Shown one piece after another: positions 59,451-64,000 of a DNA stretch of 64,000 nt. The stretch lies in IMG/VR virus record IMGVR_UViG_3300017722_005389; one strand, 5' to 3'. The stretch comes from a virus (lineage: Duplodnaviria; Caudoviricetes). The translations under genes were made by a program, and so were the position numbers. The notes beneath the pieces were generated by a model. That model saw only the letters and a list, made by a program, of their open reading frames with translations. It ran no database searches and was not told where the DNA came from. The number at the start of each line of letters is the position of its first letter. Within the stretch, counting starts at the first letter, position 1.

Positions 59451-62125
59451 TGGCTGAAAAGTATGTAGGGACAATCCCACACAAAACAAATGATTTAACA
59501 TTAAATGAAACGTCTACCGTTATTTATACGGTTGGCGGTGTGGATATTACTACAAACTTATCACCTTCAACAGGAAGATCTTATTTTCCTCCGAAGTTTT
59601 CAGATTTTACTACTTTAGAAACTGTAGGTGAAATTCCTTTGAAAAATTCATTATTTAATCCTAATAGATCTTTAAATCTTTCAATAGATAAAAGGAATGC
59701 AAAATACTTTGCAAAATATGGTTCTTTATTAGAATTAGTTAGGGTTTCTATAGAAAATATTATCTTAAAATATCCTGCTGCAATACATTCTAAAACGACT
59801 TTATTAGGTAACAGTGGGTTAAATATTCTTAATGCAGGTTACAGTTTTGTTGATGATATTACAACATTTTCAGCAAATACAAGCTATTTCTCTAATCCAT
59901 TTGGAATTTATTATCAAAATAAACTAGAATTTAATTTTAGTGATGAAAGAATTGCTATTTTAAGAAACCTTACTAAGAACTTCAACAAGTATGAAGTTAT
60001 AATTGATGGTATAGCCTATCCAATTTTGGAATTTACACCTTCAGAAAGAAGTAGTAACGATATAGTTAAAATAAAAATTCATGGAGAGCCTTTAGACCAG
60101 GGCAATAGTTCTAAAGAATTTTATATAAAACCTATCGAATCAGAAATTGTAAAATTTTATGAATCTTTAGACGAATTTGAAGAACACCTTTTGAATAGAG
60201 ATTTAGATTATGAAGCCCTTTTTAATGCAAAAAGAGAAGTTGATAGTGGATTGATATTAGAATATGTTTTATCATTAAAATTTCCTAAGATTGATAATTA
60301 TAATCTGGATATTTCAGGTAGAAATTATGAAATCTATTTAAGTGAGCTTTTAGAATACGCTAAGAATTTTGATGAAAAGGAAGGAAATATTCTAATGAGA
60401 AAATTCGTTCCAGATTCAGTTCAAAGTGTAACATTGGAAGATGTAAATTCTGCATATCCCACATACGGTGAAATTAATAGATTGTTAATTGTTTATGGAA
60501 GAGAATTTGATAAACTTAATCTTTACACCGAAGGAGTTAGATATTTAAATTCTGTTACATATTCAGGTTACGACTCTGTTCCAGAAGCATTACTACCAGA
60601 ATATATAAAAACTCTTGGATGGGATTTAGACGCTAATCCTCCAATTCCAAACAACTTACTTAAACTTTTAGGTTTAAATTCTTCATGGGTTTTCAAATCA
60701 AAAGGAACCCGAAATGCAATAGAATTTATTTTAAATTTCTTTGGAATTCCAAGAAGTATTGTTGATTTTAATGAATATGTCATAAGAGCAAAAAAACCTG
60801 TCGATGTTGAAAAACTTAAATTCTATTATTCATTACTAAGTCCTGATGCAGATTTTGATATTACAACATTACCTATTGATGAAAACGGATATCCAGTATT
60901 TATCAAAGATAATGATCAAGATTATTTTCAAAGATATGGAGAATTAGATAGAGGTTATTCTTATTTTTATAAATATTTTAACTTATTTCCAAATGGATTT
61001 ACAGGTTCCACTGTAACTTATAATGAAGAAATAAATAACTATAAAGTTTTATTTGAACAGAATTTTGATGGAACAGGTTCTACATTATCTTATTCAGTAG
61101 TAAATGAAACGCTTCTTTCAGGAGGATGCTTTCAGGTTTCAGGTGAGACCATTACAGACCCATTACCAGAAATATTTTTGGATGATTGCGGTTGCCCACT
61201 TCCAATTTCAGATAATGTAGTTAAAATATGTGTAGAACCCTATGTATTTACAGGTTGTACAAATATTATTTTAGATTTATGGTATCAATGTTCACCAACA
61301 GGTGATACGGCTGAATTAAATATTGATGTTTATGGTGGTACACCTCCATATGAAATTTTTGGTGCCACTGATGGTCAAATTGTCCCTACAGGTGAAACAT
61401 ATAATATTTATGCTGTAGATTCAAATGGATGTTCTTCAGATGTATATGAGATTTATATAGATTGCCCAGATCCTTGTCTTGATAATGATTTAGATATTGA
61501 TTTGTCATATGAATGTAATCTTGATGAATATGGAAGAAACGATGGAACTGCAACAATATCATTAAGTTTTACAGGTACAAATATTACAGCTGTTAACGAT
61601 GGGGATTTAGTTGAGCATGGAAACACTGTGTCCGTAACTGTTACCAATGAAATAGGATGCACTTTGACTAAATTTATCTACATTAATTGCCCAGAACCTG
61701 AAGTAAATCCATGTATAGATCCAATATCAATTACAGCTTCATTAGAAACTACAAGTGTTAATTTGGAAGAATGTTCAGGTAAAGTAAATGTAGTATATGA
61801 TTTAGATCCATTACCATTTGGATATATTATTGATGAAGTAACATTAACTGTAACAGTAAATGGTGATTATACAAATACAGCTATAGGGGGAGGACCAGTA
61901 GTAACCACATTTAATTCTTTAACAGGTGTAAAAACCATAGATTTAGATTTTTCATTCCTTTGTAACGATTTTGTTAGCATTCCTTCAAGTATCACATTAG
62001 ACATCACAGTTAATGCGTTATTTGTAGATGCATGTGAATATGAGGAAAATTTCTCTCTTACAGTGAATCCAAGACAACTTGGAGATTATGACGATGAAAC
62101 ACAAATAGTAAACCCAACATTATAA
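59450..62125 (+). CDS. Baseplate protein with P2 gpI/T4 gp7-like motif and SprB-like repeats
   Basis: LGWDL...SKGTRNAIEFIL..FGIP; later GGTPPY...DSNGC. Confidence 0.65.
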   Translation: MAEKYVGTIPHKTNDLTLNETSTVIYTVGGVDITTNLSPSTGRSYFPPKFSDFTTLETVGEIPLKNSLFNPNRSLNLSIDKRNAKYFAKYGSLLELVRVSIENIILKYPAAIHSKTTLLGNSGLNILNAGYSFVDDITTFSANTSYFSNPFGIYYQNKLEFNFSDERIAILRNLTKNFNKYEVIIDGIAYPILEFTPSERSSNDIVKIKIHGEPLDQGNSSKEFYIKPIESEIVKFYESLDEFEEHLLNRDLDYEALFNAKREVDSGLILEYVLSLKFPKIDNYNLDISGRNYEIYLSELLEYAKNFDEKEGNILMRKFVPDSVQSVTLEDVNSAYPTYGEINRLLIVYGREFDKLNLYTEGVRYLNSVTYSGYDSVPEALLPEYIKTLGWDLDANPPIPNNLLKLLGLNSSWVFKSKGTRNAIEFILNFFGIPRSIVDFNEYVIRAKKPVDVEKLKFYYSLLSPDADFDITTLPIDENGYPVFIKDNDQDYFQRYGELDRGYSYFYKYFNLFPNGFTGSTVTYNEEINNYKVLFEQNFDGTGSTLSYSVVNETLLSGGCFQVSGETITDPLPEIFLDDCGCPLPISDNVVKICVEPYVFTGCTNIILDLWYQCSPTGDTAELNIDVYGGTPPYEIFGATDGQIVPTGETYNIYAVDSNGCSSDVYEIYIDCPDPCLDNDLDIDLSYECNLDEYGRNDGTATISLSFTGTNITAVNDGDLVEHGNTVSVTVTNEIGCTLTKFIYINCPEPEVNPCIDPISITASLETTSVNLEECSGKVNVVYDLDPLPFGYIIDEVTLTVTVNGDYTNTAIGGGPVVTTFNSLTGVKTIDLDFSFLCNDFVSIPSSITLDITVNALFVDACEYEENFSLTVNPRQLGDYDDETQIVNPTL

Positions 62126-64000
62126 TGTCTTGCCTAAGTGATTTAAGAATAAAACAAACTGTAACATATGATAGCACTCCAGATACAACAAATGGATTGT
62201 TAGATGGACAGGTATATGTTGAAATATTGAATACTTATGGAGATTTTATATCAGGTGAAGTTATTGTAAGTCAAGTAAGAGATTTACCTGTCGTAGATTT
62301 AGAAGATGAACCAATTACTGAAACACAACCTCTTACTTCAACAGGTGAAACTTTAAGTTTTAATTTTTACTATCCTTCTAATGAACCAAACAATATCGTT
62401 ATAGATATATTGGTTAAAATTAGAGTTGGTGATTGCTTTTATGAAAAGAAGTGTACCCATGTGTTATTAACACCAAATCCTTTTGAATATATCTCGTTTT
62501 GTAATGAGTTAGTTCAAGGATATGAAGTTATTTCAGGGTGTACTAATCCATTATATTATGAATACAATCCAAATGCTAATGTAGACGATGGAAGCTGCGG
62601 TATCTTAAAACCTATATTTGGTTGTTCAAATCCTTTAGCATTAAATTATAACCCTTTAGCTACATTTAATAATGGAACTTGTATTTTCAAATCTGGATGT
62701 ACAAATGCCTTGGCAATAAACTATGATTCAACTGCTGTTATTGATGATGGTTCTTGCGAATGTGGTGATATAAATATACAAATGGATTTTGGATATAGCT
62801 CTGGAGAAACTTTTGTAGTTGAACCAAATTGTCAATATCTGATCGAGTTTGATTTAATGGCAGAAATCGAATGTGGCAAACTTATAGATTATTTGAGTAA
62901 TGATACAAGAACGATCTTAGAAGTGCTGTCAGAACTAAAAATAAACGCTCAAGCACAAGTTTTAACAAATGAAGAAAATAGAATTATTGAATATACAGGT
63001 GGTACTGTTCAGTATACAGGTGAGACCTCTTATCTTTTAATACAGAATGAAAATTTATTTACTTTTGATAAAAACATTATTCCTTATGGAATTGGAATTT
63101 ATGGTGATGCAGAAGATTGTGCTTTCATAAATAATTTGATTTCTACAGAATTACAAATAGATTGTCCTGTAGAATCAGTAGTCGAACAAAGGTTTAAAAA
63201 ATCTTGGAAAAGATATACTTTTATTTTAAATTCAGATTTAATACAAACTTTTGTTAGGTTTAATTTAAATTTTCAAAATTTTGATTTTGGTTTATGTACA
63301 TACATTGATAATTTAAAACTTTCAAAACTTTGCACTATTAATCAAGAAAGATGTGTAATAATTCCAAGTAGATATGGTTTCGAATTTGATAAAATTATTG
63401 ATAATAAAAAATCTTGGGTTTATACAGAAGAAGCTTTAAATAGACTTTACGATTATCAAGGTCAAGATACTGCTTATCGAGATTTTGATTCTAGATTAAT
63501 TTTTAATACAAAAGAATTAGAATTAGTAATTAATCCTGTTAAATATATTGAATCAGATGTATTAGAATATTATAACTATTATAGTAGGTTTTTCAATGAT
63601 ATTGATGAAAGATATACCGAATTAACAATGAATAGAATTCAATTTGAATCCATTAATGTTATAGGTAGACAATACATAAGACAATACCCATATCTCCAAA
63701 GCATTTATGAGCAATATTTGGATGGACTTGACTGTGCCCCTTCGAAAGCTTTGGATTATCCTTATGGATTAGAAATTATTAATAGAACTGGTGATTATTG
63801 GTATAGTGCGGTAAAACAATTGATACCTGCAACTTCCATTTGGAATGAAGCAAAACATATTTTAAAAAATAACGTATTCCACAAACCAAAACATGTGTAT
63901 AAAAAATATACATTAGGAGGTTCAAGTGATACAGATATAGCTCCACCATCAGGTGTAACGATTGCATGTAATACTTTATCAAATACATGTCTTAGTGAAC
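62125..64000 (+). CDS. 3'-truncated Cys-rich tail protein (not in ORF track)
   Basis: TAATG overlap at 62125 (MSCLSDLRIK...). I read the frame codon by codon and it stays open to the window end (625 codons). Confidence 0.9.
   Translation, partial: MSCLSDLRIKQTVTYDSTPDTTNGLLDGQVYVEILNTYGDFISGEVIVSQVRDLPVVDLEDEPITETQPLTSTGETLSFNFYYPSNEPNNIVIDILVKIRVGDCFYEKKCTHVLLTPNPFEYISFCNELVQGYEVISGCTNPLYYEYNPNANVDDGSCGILKPIFGCSNPLALNYNPLATFNNGTCIFKSGCTNALAINYDSTAVIDDGSCECGDINIQMDFGYSSGETFVVEPNCQYLIEFDLMAEIECGKLIDYLSNDTRTILEVLSELKINAQAQVLTNEENRIIEYTGGTVQYTGETSYLLIQNENLFTFDKNIIPYGIGIYGDAEDCAFINNLISTELQIDCPVESVVEQRFKKSWKRYTFILNSDLIQTFVRFNLNFQNFDFGLCTYIDNLKLSKLCTINQERCVIIPSRYGFEFDKIIDNKKSWVYTEEALNRLYDYQGQDTAYRDFDSRLIFNTKELELVINPVKYIESDVLEYYNYYSRFFNDIDERYTELTMNRIQFESINVIGRQYIRQYPYLQSIYEQYLDGLDCAPSKALDYPYGLEIINRTGDYWYSAVKQLIPATSIWNEAKHILKNNVFHKPKHVYKKYTLGGSSDTDIAPPSGVTIACNTLSNTCLSE
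62536..62757 (+). repeat. Three GC(T/S)N(P/A)-type Cys-bounded peptide repeats
   Basis: GCTNPLYYEYNPNANVDDGSC / GCSNPLALNYNPLATFNNGTC / GCTNALAINYDSTAVIDDGSC. Confidence 0.9.

Noticed and set aside
1-64000. CRISPR arrays, tRNA/rRNA genes, transposases, reverse transcriptase/DGR
   Set aside because: I saw no spaced identical repeats, cloverleaf motifs or relevant catalytic motifs by eye. The intergenic gaps are mostly too short; tRNAscan-SE or Infernal would be needed to exclude small RNAs.

Overview
A 64 kb, very AT-rich segment of a large T4-like contractile-tailed dsDNA phage, probably a jumbo phage. The host is probably in the Bacteroidota, inferred from A-rich starts without Shine-Dalgarno motifs and from SprB-like and BT4734-like domains. 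Virion genes: neck gp13/14/15-like, sheath, tube, tail chaperone, tape measure, an OmpA-bearing tube initiator, an M15-peptidase hub, gp25-, gp53- and gp6-like baseplate proteins, and Cys-rich tail proteins. These are interleaved with replication genes: family B DNA polymerase, SNF2-like helicase, SSB, 5'-3' exonuclease, DnaB with a class 3 LAGLIDADG intein, class I RNR beta and alpha, and an AEP primase-SF2 helicase fusion. The most striking non-coding signal is an exact match to the bacterial chromosomal parS consensus (TGTTCCACGTGAAACA, 34629-34644) in a 25-nt spacer of the replication cluster, with no parA/parB gene in the window. Other notable items are a TATTTAT motif before most transcription units, unusual PolB active-site motifs, a Cys-to-Ser NlpC/P60 variant, an LRR protein, and a candidate +1 frameshift upstream of the tape measure gene. 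I saw no tRNA, rRNA or CRISPR array. Family assignments come from motif recognition by eye, not database searches.
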